A DNA stretch of 64,000 bases. It comes from the human T2T-CHM13v2.0 reference genome, Homo sapiens. Position numbers and translations under genes: made by a program. The stretch's first letter is position 1. Every line of letters starts with the position of its first letter. Below are positions 63,361 to 64,000 of this stretch, piece by piece. Location of the stretch: the NCBI RefSeq assembly GCF_009914755.1, contig NC_060928.1; one strand, written 5' to 3'. The notes below the pieces were generated by a model that saw only the letters and a list, made by a program, of their open reading frames with translations, did not search any database and had not been told where the DNA came from.

Positions 63361-64000
63361 CTGACCCTAAAGTTTGGCCATTACTTTGTGTGAAAAGCAT
63401 TACATGAAATGCAAATTATTTTTAGAATTTATCTGAAGGTGTCCTATACAGTAAAATACAAATATACCCTACCACTCATTTTATGTGTTGTTAAAATATC
63501 TAAAGTTAACTAAAAAATAAAGACTGGATAATGCTTTTCTGACAGCTAATTTTGTTCGCATTTTTGCTTGATTATATATGATTAATTTTGTCTCAATTAT
63601 CAATGAATGCAGATTATCAGGGAGTATCACAAAATTTAAGTATGTGGCTTATCATCTCTAATGAAGTCACTGAATTGTATACAATTTATTTAATAGGAGC
63701 ATATGCTGGATTAACAGAATCAATTACTCAAATTTCAGTATTAAAAAAAATTCCTTTAGCCAAAAATGAAGTGCCTTTTCTAAAAATCATGAAGAAAAAA
63801 CATGGACATGAAATGGTGTGCAATGAATTCAACATTATACAGACTTGAACATTTTGAGGGTAAGTCACATGTTTATGCATTATACTATTCTGATGTCGGC
63901 AGTTTAAACATTTTCCAAGATTTCTTTAAGATGCAATCATTCCACCTCCTCCATGAAGCCCTCCTAGGTGGAAGTCATGGCTACTTCCTCTGAACACGTG

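Overview
Primate (human-like) genomic DNA, recognisable as the POLR2B/IGFBP7 locus (human 4q12, from recall). The + strand carries the last 9 coding exons of POLR2B (RNA polymerase II subunit RPB2, 333-10425). The - strand carries IGFBP7 exons 2-5 (20362 down to 10754), converging tail-to-tail with POLR2B so that the 3' ends probably overlap. The rest (about 20.4-64 kb) is IGFBP7 intron 1; exon 1 is outside the window. That intron holds many Alus, L1/L2/MIR, LTR and DNA-transposon relics and a full-length processed UBE2C pseudogene. I found no convincing new gene system. The best unexplained signals are small-scale: two ~60-bp copies of nearby DNA pasted into Alus, fold-back insertions and perfect hairpins, a possible UBE2C-Alu chimeric retrocopy, a ~180-bp local duplication, competing splice and polyA sites, and a CpG-rich intronic patch with a 228-codon ORF. 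Exon coordinates were read base by base. Repeat boundaries and subfamily calls are approximate and made by eye.
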